A DNA stretch of 63,608 nt, counting the filler, from Octopus bimaculoides (taxonomy: Eukaryota): assembly GCF_001194135.2 (NCBI RefSeq). It is 6 parts of 6 records of this genome, joined end to end, with 100 filler letters (N's around TTAATTAATTAA, not from the genome) between each part and the next. Parts side by side here need not be neighbours in the genome. Positions count along the whole stretch, not along the records: positions 1 to 30,900 come from NC_068988.1; 5 more parts are not named here. One strand, 5' to 3'. Positions 12,024 to 24,510 of the stretch are shown in pieces. The notes beneath the pieces are model-generated. The model searched no databases. It was not told the DNA's origin and was given only the letters and a program-made list of their open reading frames with translations. Position 1 is the first letter of the stretch. Every line of letters begins with the position of its first letter. Position numbers and translations under genes: made by a program.

Positions 12024-13280
12024 NNNNNNNNNNNNNNNNNNNNNNNNNNNNNNNNNNNNNNNNNNNNNNNNNNNNNNNNNNNNNNNNNNNNNNNNNNNNN
12101 NNNNNNNNNNNNNNNNNNNNNNNNNNNNNNNNNNNNNNNNNNNNNNNNNNNNNNNNNNNNNNNNNNNNNNNNNNNNNNNNNNNNNNNNNNNNNNNNNNNN
12201 NNNNNNNNNNNNNNNNNNNNNNNNNNNNNNNNNNNNNNNNNNNNNNNNNNNNNNNNNNNNNNNNNNNNNNNNNNNNNNNNNNNNNNNNNNNNNNNNNNNN
12301 NNNNNNNNNNNNNNNNNNNNNNNNNNNNNNNNNNNNNNNNNNNNNNNNNNNNNNNNNNNNNNNNNNNNNNNNNNNNNNNNNNNNNNNNNNNNNNNNNNNN
12401 NNNNNNNNNNNNNNNNNNNNNNNNNNNNNNNNNNNNNNNNNNNNNNNNNNNNNNNNNNNNNNNNNNNNNNNNNNNNNNNNNNNNNNNNNNNNNNNNNNNN
12501 NNNNNNNNNNNNNNNNNNNNNNNNNNNNNNNNNNNNNNNNNNNNNNNNNNNNNNNNNNNNNNNNNNNNNNNNNNNNNNNNNNNNNNNNNNNNNNNNNNNN
12601 NNNNNNNNNNNNNNNNNNNNNNNNNNNNNNNNNNNNNNNAGAGAGAGGGACAAAGTATGTATCAGAGGTAGATAAGAATCGAACAGTCGTAGGCAACGTT
12701 TTTATTTATAGACCCCGAAAGAATGAAAGACAAAGTTTACCGTGGCGGAAATTGAAATCAGTGCACAATCATTCTATACGAGGCTCCCATTAATCTGCCA
12801 ATATCGTTGCCTTGGATTATTCGTGAAGCAGTCAGTAAAAGGGCACTTTAACCCGATTTTGATTATCGTCTGTCACTTTTTCACTGACACCCGTTAATCT
12901 CTTGCATGAGGGCAAACAAAACCACAAATCACGTAGCACTTCTATTCTGAGAAGTTTGTAAGGTCGATAACCCGATAATGGACACATGAACACACACGCC
13001 AGTTCGCGCGGACACATAGACACTTGCCAACACACATACATACATACATACATACATACATACATACATACATACATACACACATACATACATGCATACA
13101 TACATACATATATATATGTTCTTTTTCTATTCTATGAATTACTGGTACGTACGTATGTAATACACAGTCTTTACATATGTATATATCTTCTCATAAATGT
13201 TTTAGAATAAATAAATAGACATAATATAATGTCTAATAGTTGATGTATACTATTTCTGTATCTCCTCCATTTTCTTCTTG

Positions 13281-13380
13281 NNNNNNNNNNTACGACGGAC
13301 TTCTTTCAGTTTCCGTCTACCAAATCCACTCACAAGTTTTTGGTAGGCCCGAGGCTATGGTGGAAGACACTTTGCCCACC
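13281..13380 (-). mobile_element. SINE family A, middle fragment
   Basis: cttctttcagtttccgtctaccaaatccactcacaag...gcccgaggcta. Confidence 0.85.
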
Positions 13381-15109
13381 GGTTTCTCATTTGCGACCGA
13401 ATACCTTTAGAAAGAAATAACGTACAGAAAGTAAGAAATTTAATAACTGCGAATCGTACCCTAATATGAAGAATTACCAGAAGTTTGGTGAAGACTAGTA
13501 AATCATTGTGAGCCCTGCATACACCGTAGCTTAGCTTAGACTGAATTCTTTGTCAGTCTTGACGATACTCAATCAGTTGAATTCCTACTCGAGAAATTAA
13601 CATTTAGACAGCAGCTGAGTATTCCAAAGACATTTGTTCCCTTAACACAATTCTCAAGCGTAATGAACATGACACAGTGAAACAAGGATGGGATTTTAAA
13701 TAACATGAACAATACAAAACGTAGAAGAGACTGCAAGAGAGAGAGAGAAAGAGGGAGAGAGAGAGAGAGAGTGTGTGTGTGTGTGTGTGAGTGAGAGAGA
13801 GAGAGAGAGTGTGTGTGTGTGTGTGAGTGAGAGAGAGAGAAAGAGTGAGAGAGAGATAGATAGAGNNNNNNNNNNNNNNNNNNNNNNNNNNNNNNNNNNN
13901 NNNNNNNNNNNNNNNNNNNNNNNNNNNNNNNNNNNNNNNNNNNNNNNNNNNNNNNNNNNNNNNNNNNNNNNNNNNNNNNNNNNNNNNNNNNNNNNNNNNN
14001 NNNNNNNNNNNNNNNNNNNNNNNNNNNNNNNNNNNNNNNNNNNNNNNNNNNNNNNNNNNNNNNNNNNNNNNNNNNNNNNNNNNNNNNNNNNNNNNNNNNN
14101 NNNNNNNNNNNNNNNNNNNNNNNNNNNNNNNNNNNNNNNNNNNNNNNNNNNNNNNNNNNNNNNNNNNNNNNNNNNNNNNNNNNNNNNNNNNNNNNNNNNN
14201 NNNNNNNNNNNNNNNNNNNNNNNNNNNNNNNNNNNNNNNNNNNNNNNNNNNNNNNNNNNNNNNNNNNNNNNNNNNNNNNNNNNNNNNNNNNNNNNNNNNN
14301 NNNNNNNNNNNNNNNNNNNNNNNNNNNNNNNNNNNNNNNNNNNNNNNNNNNNNNNNNNNNNNNNNNNNNNNNNNNNNNNNNNNNNNNNNNNNNNNNNNNN
14401 NNNNNNNNNNNNNNNNNNNNNNNNNNNNNNNNNNNNNNNNNNNNNNNNNNNNNNNNNNNNNNNNNNNNNNNNNNNNNNNNNNNNNNNNNNNNNNNNNNNN
14501 NNNNNNNNNNNNNNNNNNNNNNNNNNNNNNNNNNNNNNNNNNNNNNNNNNNNNNNNNNNNNNNNNNNNNNNNNNNNNNNNNNNNNNNNNNNNNNNNNNNN
14601 NNNNNNNNNNNNNNNNNNNNNNNNNNNNNNNNNNNNNNNNNNNNNNNNNNNNNNNNNNNNNNNNNNNNNNNNNNNNNNNNNNNNNNNNNNNNNNNNNNNN
14701 NNNNNNNNNNNNNNNNNNNNNNNNNNNNNNNNNNNNNNNNNNNNNNNNNNNNNNNNNNNNNNNNNNNNNNNNNNNNNNNNNNNNNNNNNNNNNNNNNNNN
14801 NNNNNNNNNNNNNNNNNNNNNNNNNNTATATATATATATATATATGTATATGTATGTATGTACTTATGTGTATTTGTGTTTTTATACATATATTCATACG
14901 TGGATACATGAATATGTTCATACATATATATATGTAGACACGTGTGTGTTTATGCGAGTACATGTGTGTATATACACAGTTATATAAGTGCAAGTGTGTG
15001 CATGTTTGAGTTTACAAAGAAACGTGAAATTATTCGACACAAAAGGTAAGTTTACTTATTTATAATAATGGAATTATTATACTTCACCACAAACAAGAAT
15101 AGACAGTGG

Positions 15110-15129
15110 CATGATGATGATGGTCTTGG

Positions 15130-15195
<66 letters not shown>

Positions 15196-15228
15196 CGATG
15201 ATGACGATGATGATGATGATGATGGTGG

Positions 15229-15276
<48 letters not shown>

Positions 15277-15345
15277 CGACGATGATGATGATGATGATGA
15301 TGATGATGAAGACGCTGATGATGTTGATGATGATGATGATGATGT

Positions 15346-15377
<32 letters not shown>

Positions 15378-15530
15378 ATGATGATGATGATGATGACGAC
15401 GATGATGATGATGATGATGACGATGATGTTGATGATGATGATGATAATGGTGGTAGTGATGATGATGATGACGATGAGGATGATGATGATGATGATGATC
15501 AGGAGGAGGAGGAGGAGGAGGAGGTGGTGG
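15110..15530. repeat. (GAT)n/(GAG)n trinucleotide microsatellite
   Basis: Directly visible; source of the poly-D, poly-M and poly-I ORFs. Confidence 0.95.
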
Positions 15531-15544
15531 TGGAAGGTGACAAA

Positions 15545-15810
15545 GAAATTGGAGTATGAAATGTGTATAAGCTGTACCTGTAACAATTGGTGCATTTGGG
15601 AACTGTGAATAAAGGTAGAAACAAATAGTCGAAGAAGATTGGAAATCGAATGTCTTGTAGGGCTTCGCGTGGAAGTTTGCCTCTCAGGGACAGGAAAGAT
15701 TATCAGGAGGGTTTTAAAGCACTTGAAAGATTATTGAAAGCCTGCGGATAACTAAAGTTGCAGGTAGTAACCTGCTACCCGCATAAATTCTGTCGGGAAT
15801 AAGAATGAAC
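15545..15810 (+). mobile_element. R4/Dong-type non-LTR retrotransposon, C-terminus and 3' UTR remnant
   Basis: Frameshifted translation RNWSMKCV*AVPVTIGAFG/GTVNKG...KKIG/ECLVGLRVEVCLSGTGKIIRRVL fits the VIPVVIGALG...LLGTARILRKVL end typical of R4/Dong RLE proteins (recognised from memory). Confidence 0.8.
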
Positions 15811-15829
15811 CTGAGTAAAATCAATAACT

Positions 15830-16143
15830 TATTCTATCGGTCTCTTTTGCCGAACCGCTAAGTGACGAGTACATAGACACACCAGCATCGGTCGTCAAGC
15901 GATACTAGGGGGACAAACGCAGACACACAAACACACACAAACACACACACGCACGCACACGCACGCACACACACTCACACACACATATATATACATATAT
16001 ACGACTTCTTTCAGTTTCCGTCTACCAAATCCACTCACAAGGCCCGAAGTTATAGTAGAAGACACATGTCCAAGATGCCATGCAGTGGGACTGAACCCGG
16101 AACCATGTGGTTGGTAAGCAAGCTACTTACCACACAGCCACTC
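15830..16143 (-). mobile_element. SINE family A, near-full copy with internal (CA)/(TA)
   Basis: Both halves present around the microsatellite at ~15925-16000. Confidence 0.9.
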
Positions 16144-17329
16144 TTGAGTCTATGGTACATTTTCCTACATATTTTGGGTGGGTGGGTGAGGTTTTATATA
16201 TCACAGTCTTTAGGCTATGTATTGCTGAATGGATTTCAAGATTCCAGGTTTAGCAAGACTCTTTTTTGCACCTTTTAATTCTTTTCGCGATAAAACAATT
16301 CCTTATAAATACGTATTTGATATATTTTGCTGTTAAGGAGTACCTACAAATAAAAGAAAGTATGTTTTAGATACTCAGCAGCGTAAGTTCGAAAAAGGAT
16401 TTATGAAAAGTTATAAAAAGAGGTTCATAATATTAGTTGTTTGGGATACGTCTATGATATATTTACGGACATATTTGATAACTGTCTGTCATGAAGGGTT
16501 AATATTTTATGAGCAGTTTATGTATCCATGAAATCGTTCTAACGTGTCAAATGATTTCTGCAAATCAATAAATATTTCACTTGTAGTGTATAACAACCAG
16601 TTCTGCGATAATGATTTCTGCGATATTAATTAATGCATAATTAGAAGTATGATTGATTTTGAAATCGAATTGTTTTTTCATATATGAAATGATTTTTTTT
16701 CATCCCTTTTATTTATTTTTGCGAAATTGGTGTAGAGATTTATTCATATATTTTATTTTTCATATTAAATTTTGGTAAGTGTCCAAGTCTCGGTTGCAAA
16801 CATAAATATTGACCCAGTAACCGAATATGTTGATGTGCTTATTACCAATTCCAAAGGAGAGTATTACTGCCTGTATCTTTTCGTGCTATTCTAGATATAT
16901 GAGACTAAGTGACTTTGAAGTTTAACTAGAGCTTACGGTGTAAACTGTAAGATCTGAAGACAACAGCAATGGTCTACGTCATCAAAAGACACAGAATAAA
17001 TCATTAAAAAGTAGGGTATATTGTTTTTTTCTATCAGAAGGAAAAATCTAATGCCAGGAACAGAAATATTCGCCGAAGGAATATTTTTATGATGGTTCTT
17101 AATTTCTTTAAGTACCAGTTGTCTACACTCAGAAAACATATCTCTCTCGTGCAAAGATTTTTATCTGAGATCTTAGAGTTTTCATTTTCGTCACTTCAAA
17201 CTGACTTATTCTACTTTTGCATTATTAGATCCTACTGTTTGTAGGTTCATGATTGAAGGAAAAAGATTTGACGACGTCTATGATGATTCTACAAGGGTTA
17301 CTATACCAGCGAGAGAGGAGTTCAGAAAA

Positions 17330-17517
17330 GGAGGGGAAATGGCCGTGGATGACTAAAAGTGATCTAAAACAGGAGACAGAGGCTCTGATCTGTGCTGCCC
17401 ATGAGCAAGCACTAAGAACAAACAACATAAAATACAGAATAGACAACACATTAGAACGTGATAAGTGCAGAATCTGTGGACAAAATGGTGAAACCGTAGG
17501 GCATATTACCAGCCAAT
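17330..17517 (+). mobile_element. R4/Dong-type LINE fragment, pre-endonuclease CCHC zinc-knuckle region
   Basis: WPWMTKSDLKQETEALICAAHEQALRTNNIKYRIDNTLERDKCRICGQNGETVGHITS has the LKxETExLIxAAQEQALRT...KCRxC...ETVxHI signature. Confidence 0.85.
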
Positions 17518-18064
17518 GAAAGGAGTTATGGTCTGGAAACAATTCTCCTTTACAGTAAACAGTCTAAATAACCGAGAAGATTCCTATAAAGCGACATCAT
17601 TTTTTGTGGACAGTACATCCAAATTTACTGCTTTCTTCAACAACCAAATCATCTATTTTAATCGAGAAGGTTTAGCGTATTATCAGGTTAAATAGCAGTT
17701 GAAGTCTGCGAATAGCAGGGGAATGTGTTTCTCTATTCTTATATCTTACATTTATTATAAAGTAATAACCAAACTGTAAAATTTTACTGAACATACTTAC
17801 TGGTTGAAAGCAATTCAGGATGTTGTGATTACTTGTGATAGTGTACTTTAAGAGGGAAAAGTCCTCCTTTCTCGTTATATCATTATGAAGTAAAGAGTGT
17901 CATTCTAAAATGTATAGTAATATGAAGTATAGATTGTTTTTGTGAAGGAAAAGTTCTCTGCAGATGATCTACATTCCATGGTCGCATCCACATTTCTATC
18001 ATATATACTTCAAATATTGAATCATATGAGCAAATGGTGGCGCCTCTAAATAATCATTCGAGTA

Positions 18065-18270
18065 TCTAGAAACAGCAGGCAAATTTACTTCAGATCATAT
18101 ACTTCTATCCCAGTGAAAGAAAGGACCCATTGGTTAATGTAGTTATACATAGCCCAAGATAAACAAGAATACCATGGATGGTATGACTTTGACCAGGACC
18201 GATAGATAACAATGTCGACAGCAATTTTAGGAAAGGTTGATTTTTGTTCTTTTATATTGAAAATAATGTT
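18065..18270 (+). mobile_element. Repeat family E, diverged copy
   Basis: tctagaaacagcaggcaaatttacttcagatcat...aaggacccattggttaatg resembles copies at 34.9, 38.1 and 53.5 kb. Confidence 0.5.
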
Positions 18271-18644
18271 TGTATTATACGGCAGAGTTTTTGTGAGAGT
18301 TCTAAATTGATTATAGCTTCATTGTATTGCCAGTAGTAATAGAGCAATTTTATTGACATATCGTCACAAAATCCTTTCTTAAGAGTCGCTCATTTTGATG
18401 CAAAAAACGTGAAACGAAAATACAAGTAAACACCGAAACGGTAGACTATGAAGATAGAACATATACACGTTGGCAACAAATAACAGTTTATTGTTTAGGT
18501 GCATTTTTTAATATATAATTTTCGTTGTATGTTATTGTTTTTTGTTCCTGAACCAGAATAACTCACAGAATAATATAAAACAGTAATATAAAGAAGGTTT
18601 TGAGGATGTAAACTGTAAAGATGGTGAAGTGAATCATGGCTATC

Positions 18645-19078
18645 AAAATGTTTTAGACATTGACTGCGGCTATGCTGGGGCATCAGATTGAAATGTTTTA
18701 ATGTAACAAATCGGTCCCAGGAATTTATTTTTTAAAGCCTAGTTCTTATTCTGTCAGTCCCTTTTGCTAAGCTACTAAAATAAAAACGTAAACAAACCAG
18801 CACAAGTTAATAAGTGACGGTGAGAGACAAACATAAATACAAATGCACACACAAGCATACAGATACACACATAAAATTGCTCGCACACACATACACACAT
18901 ACACACACACATTTTTATACGACCGGCTTCTTTCGATATCCCTCTACCAAATGCACACAGAAGACTTTGGTCGCCTTGGGCCTAGCTCAGAAGATCGTTG
19001 CACAAGATGCTTTGCAGTGAGACTGAACCCAGAACCATGTGGTTAGGAAGCAAACTCGTACTACATAGTTACGCCTAC
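18645..19078 (-). mobile_element. SINE family A, full-length diverged copy with internal (CA)n
   Basis: 3' half (gactgcggctatgctggggca...) and 5' half (...gactgaacccagaaccatgtggttaggaagc) flank a CA tract. Confidence 0.8.
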
Positions 19079-19236
19079 GTCTATATAAAAATAACCGCTT
19101 CCTAAAGACTAAAGTATGTGCTTCCGAAATATAGTAGTGAGCGAGAACATATTGACAGCTATTAAAACACAAACTTGGACATCATAGATATGGTAAAAAC
19201 CGGGTTAAACTAAATAATGTATGTAGTAATCACAAT

Positions 19237-19453
19237 ATTAGAAAATTACTATTTTATTTTAATCTCACAACGTGAGATTAAACAGTACTTTGTAGTAAAG
19301 ATTGTTTGGCAATATAACATGGCAGTCCTGGTTTAGGACTAATGTTACTGCAATTTAGCCCCAGGAAACATCCTCTCCAGCTGGCTATACGACACGATCT
19401 GTGTCCTTATATTTTCGAACAAGGGAATCTAGCACCCCCACTCAGCTCAAAAC
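19237..19453. mobile_element. MITE-like element, copy 1 (one arm plus internal segment)
   Basis: First ~113 bp repeated directly at 19588; 19295-19452 is inverted relative to 19700-19860. Confidence 0.8.
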
Positions 19454-19587
19454 AATATCTGTGTATCGCGATTTCTGGGTTATTTCCCTTCGACAGCACA
19501 GAATAATTGTTCGGCTAGAGATGGCGCTGCCAAATTCCCGTTCGAAATATATAGCTTTCAAAATGACAACTTGTCGCTGATATATAA

Positions 19588-19860
19588 ATTAGAAAATTAC
19601 TATTTTATTAAATCTCACAACGTGAGATTAAACAGTACTATGTAATAAAGATTGTTTGCCAACATAACATGGCAGTCTTGGTTTAGAACTAATGTTGCTG
19701 TTTTCAGCTGAGTGGGGGTGCTAGATTCCTTTGTTTGAAAATATAAGGACACAGATCGTGTTGTATAACCAGCTGGAGACGATGTCTCCTGGGGCTAAAT
19801 TACAGCAACGTTAGTCCTAAACCAGGACTACCATGTTATGTTGGAAAACAATCTTTACTA
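19588..19860. mobile_element. MITE-like element, copy 2 (opposite orientation, ~55-bp TIR pair visible)
   Basis: taaagattgtttgccaacataacatggcagtcttggtttagaactaatgttgctg pairs with cagcaacgttagtcctaaaccaggactaccatgttatgttggaaaacaatcttta. Confidence 0.8.
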
Positions 19861-20149
19861 TAATCATATGTTTCAAAGGAAATCATGTGCTCACTCATAC
19901 ATAGGAATATCAAAACCGAAGGAAGCAATTTGGAAAACAACAGAGAAAGAAATGGTCAAGAAATCAAAGTATATCTAAGACAAGGATCCTTGCTGAATTA
20001 GCTTTTATGAAAGGTGACAGATTCTTTGAAGAAAGAAAAATATCAGCTGGATTCCACCCCAAACTGATTTTAAGAACTATGTAAAGACGAAATATAAATC
20101 AATGATGGACCAACAGTAAGTTTCGAGGAGTATTGACAACGATGTAATG

Positions 20150-21850
20150 TTTAAAATGACATAGACATAGCAGACGATAATTAGAGGTCAGTCACATCAC
20201 TACAAGAAGTAACCCTAGGCAAATACTTGTTTAATTGCAATAATATTGCAGACGTTATGTAGAAAGAATGCTACCAGAGAATGGAATCGATTGACTACCA
20301 GAATGTTTGTTGCACGTAGGTCCTGGAAGCTTTAGCTATAATTAAAACATCAATAATAAGAAGATGAAACTTTGAACAGTTTTCAGTATACATCAAACAA
20401 TCATGGAGCTACAAACGAAAGAGAAAATTATAAAAACTAATTTTTTTGGAGAATCGAAAGAAAACTAACCTTTTAGAAGGAGGATCTTTCTCTGATAGCT
20501 ACTAACACGTTAGAAAAAATACAACAGTTATTCCGTGGAACTGGATGTAAATGATACGGAATGATACGTTTTTTGTACATGGACAACCTTAAGCTGTACA
20601 TGGCAGACGACATAAACAACTAGAAACATTACTACAAATAGTACAAGGATTTAATTTGCAGAGGAATTGGTATGAGATTCGAATTAGAAATATGCGCCGG
20701 GACATGACTGAAGTAATGAAAATTAATTATGAGCACTAATATCATGTAAGTTAAAGAAACAATGAATGAAGAATTGGACGAAACACTATCTTATCACATA
20801 CCTTTACAGTGAAAACTGTGGGAACAAATAAAAACATTACCGCATCTCTGACTGAGAATCTTGTAACTCAACCATCTGAAGGAGAAAAAGCTTTAGAATT
20901 CCATTCCCAGCCAGAAATCATCAACTACATGTAATGCAGCAGAAAGCATTGCGGAATATCTTTTATCTTTTACTTGTTTCAGTCATTAGACTGCGACCAT
21001 GGTTGGGAGAAAACATTTAATGACACCAAGTTGGGAAAAAAAACATTTAATGACACAGACGTGGTTTGACTCATGCCACATATTCTCCGGCAGAACGACA
21101 GCTCATCGCCCATCTTGTGTTCAACCCCAAGAATCTGCCCAAACTTTTACGCCAGGTCCCTGCTTTCGAGTTATCGACTGTACAGAGCCTTCTCCTTAGT
21201 TACATATTTTTCACATGCATCAACAAGCAATGCTTGAAGAAAAATGTTAGCAGTATTAATTTCATTGGTCTCAGAGCGTTTGTGAAGACCCTGAAAACTG
21301 CTCCTTACGATAGCCTAGCAAGTTAGAAGATGCTTAGCTACGAGAAAAATATAGCTGCATCCAAAGCAGATTTGAGGTTTTTAATGTTTGAATATTATGT
21401 CATTATTATGTAATACCAGCAGTAAAATGGTCGAATGCAATTTTACCAGAAAATATCCCAGAAAATGCCAAAGTGAGACTCTATTTTGTTATGCAAGTCC
21501 GAAAAGGTAGATTGGCCGGATACACTTACCAAAAACTATCAAGAAAGGAAGTGCATCCTAATCTGAATACAATTTCTGTTGGATGATAATGTATCTCTAA
21601 ATGAAATAAGGAAATTAACAAAAATATAAAGATGTGGAAATAGTGCAAGCGAAGACGTAGCGAGTGAAAACAGCAGTAATCTTTATAAAAATACAGCAGC
21701 AATCATTATAAGAACACGTGACTTAGGAATGACAGAAAAATAGATGCTGATAAATACATCGCGCAATGTAGGGAAAATAGAGAGAGATATACACAACATG
21801 TAGAAAATAGTTCAGTGCTAAACACTGGAAACATTGAAGTAGAGTAATTT
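20150..21850 (+). pseudogene. Heavily decayed R4/Dong-type LINE (RT through RLE domain)
   Basis: RT core remnant at ~20570-20700 (LYMDNLKLY...QLETLLQIVQGF...IGMRFELEICA; cf. YMDDLKLY...IGMxFGLDKCA); DDNVSLNE...KYKD-like and terminal remnants at ~21580-21845; many stops and frameshifts. Confidence 0.7.
20958..21005 (-). mobile_element. SINE family A, 3' end inserted in the LINE remnant
   Basis: tcttttacttgtttcagtcattagactgcgaccatg. Confidence 0.75.
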
Positions 21851-22544
21851 TAATGCATTAGAAATAATAAGACGAAAAGAAAATGTAGCACGGATCTAAG
21901 ACGCACAGATTTGTGCTCTGTAACACGGTTAAGATGCGCAGAACTGAAGACACCGAGAGATAGTGATGAAGGGTAAGTTTTTATGAGAGCGACGGCCGAG
22001 GAGACATTAGGAAGAATAATTAGAAAAACGGCCACGTTGTTCGACATTTACGTATACACACACACATACACCCGACACACACACGCACACACACAGCACA
22101 TACACATAGACTCACACATATGAGAAAGCAGGCTTGAGATACAACAATATAAAGGGAACGGAAATGGAGCGTCCTAATTAGCTGATTGTCCCATAGAGTC
22201 ATTACTGGGAACCCCGCGGGTCCTGGATTACCCTAAACTACCAAAAGTAATTGCACTCTGCCAGCTGTAATAATAACGATTTCTAAAATAGTAAAAGGCT
22301 TCTGATACAAAGAGCATAGTTCCATTAATTGATCTTTGTTCTGGACTGGTATTTCGTTTCAACAGCCACGGAAGGATGAAAGGTCAGGTCGATACCGCTG
22401 AGATGAAACACAAAACTTTATGAGACGTAAATAGTGCAAAGTCATCTTGTACGATATTTTAGCGATTCTGGTACAACACTACTCCGGTTTCTGAACCTAG
22501 GTTCATTGTTTAGGCATCGAATTAACTATTATTTCGCCAGCTGA

Positions 22545-22725
22545 AGGCAGCCAGCTGACACGATGTTTAGCTCACCGGACAAAATGTTTAACAGTATTTT
22601 CTCCCCCGACATTACATTCTACGTTCGAATGCTTCCGAGGTCGATTTTGCTTTTCACCCTCTCGGGGTCGGTAAGATAGAATGCTAGTGAAACACTGGGG
22701 ACAATATAATTGGCTTCACCATTTT
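22545..22725 (+). mobile_element. SINE family C, diverged copy
   Basis: gaaggcagccagctgac...ccgaggtcgattttgcttttcaccctctcggggtcggtaag. Confidence 0.7.
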
Positions 22726-22897
22726 CTCAAAAGACGGTTATCCTTATGCCAAAATTAGAAAGGAATATTTTAGCCAAAATGGAATTCATTGGCCTCGACC
22801 CTTTACAGGACTTCTGTGTATGAATGTATATATACTTATATATATATGTATATATAAATACATGCATACACATAAATACATAGACGTACACATGCAT

Positions 22898-22932
<35 letters not shown>

Positions 22933-23262
22933 GTATGAATGTATGCATTTATGTATGCATGCATGCACGTATGTATGTATGTATGTATTTACGTATTTTG
23001 GGAACTGTGGGCCAAGGGACAAACACACCATCCACTTAACAAAGAAACACGTCTAACATCAGAGACTGGAGACTGAAACAACTCTACAACACAGTTTATT
23101 CTCACAGATACACACACGCACACATGTATGAGTATATTTTGGGGTTGATATATGTGTATACTTCAATACATAGTTACACTGGTATGTACAAATAAATCAA
23201 TGTATATGTACACAGGCAATGCGGATATATTTTCGCCATATATATGTATATATATGCACATG

Positions 23263-23296
<34 letters not shown>

Positions 23297-23978
23297 TACA
23301 TGCAAGCATACATACATATACACACATACATACATACATACATACATACATACATGCAAGCATACATACATACATACACACACATACATACATACATACA
23401 CACACACATAGATATGCGTATGTGTGTGTATAGACAAACACCGAAGTATACGCACATATGCTTGCACAATGAAGTGTATCGAACACTAATATGTGTACAA
23501 GTCATAATCGCTCACAAGCACATATAAACACATGTCACGTGCTATTGACATGAAAACTTTCGATTCTAATTCATGTCCGTTATACAAATAGTCTGGACAG
23601 AAACGCTGATGGATAGGACAGTGAAAAACTTTAATCAATTCCTTAATATAATTAGCAGAATTGATGTGTTTTCACTTCTACCGTAGGAAACCTTATCAAA
23701 GACTTCATATCAACACATTATACATATATATATATAAATATATATANNNNNNNNNNNNNNNNNNNNNNNNNNNNNNNNNNNNNNNNNNNNNNNNNNNNNN
23801 NNNNNNNNNNNNNNNNNNNNNNNNNNNNNNNNNNNNNNNNNNNNNNNNNNNNNNNNNNNNNNNNNNNNNNNNNNNNNNNNNNNNNNNNNNNNNNNNNNNN
23901 NNNNNNNNNNNNNNNNNNNNNNNNNNNNNNNNNNNNNNNNNNNNNNNNNNNNNNNNNNNNNNNNNNNNNNNNNNNNNN

Positions 23979-24062
<84 letters not shown>

Positions 24063-24359
24063 CGCACACGTCTGGGAATATTCGGACTTTGTAAGCAATA
24101 GTGTCTTTGATTTTCTATTAGCCCCACTGAATCTTATGGTGGAACCACGAAGAATTTATATAACGTCACGCACCTGGAATATTTTGCTTATGAAGAGAAA
24201 GTTCTGAAGTTTTGCTACTTCAATTGATTGGCTGCGTGAGAAGGCGATGGCGTCGCAGAGACGCGATGTCGGCGAACTCGAATTACATTGCGGTACTTTG
24301 GTCTTAAATATATCATTTCGTGTCATTCTGAGTTCAAATCGTGACATCTTTAAGAGCTC

Positions 24360-24510
24360 ATTACGTTCAGAGTTCTAATACCAACGGGGTCTATTTTGCC
24401 CTTCGCCCTTTCGGGGTCGATAAAATAAAGTACATGTTAATTACTGGGCTCAATATAATCGACTTCCCCATCCTCCCTAAAAAGTATTGCACTTATACCA
24501 AAATTCGAAA
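24360..24510 (+). mobile_element. SINE family C, diverged 3' part
   Basis: ttacgttcagagttc...ccctttcggggtcgataaaataaagtac. Confidence 0.7.

Noticed and set aside
15068-15559. Acidic poly-Asp protein (biomineralisation-like)
   Set aside because: Pure (GAT)n slippage array open in several frames, running into a LINE remnant; similar arrays occur at 35.2 and 50.9 kb
17556-17686. 131-bp open frame between an AG and a GT (VNSLNNREDSYKATSFF...)
   Set aside because: Weak donor (gttaaa), no recognisable peptide, adjacent to a LINE fragment; chance is likely
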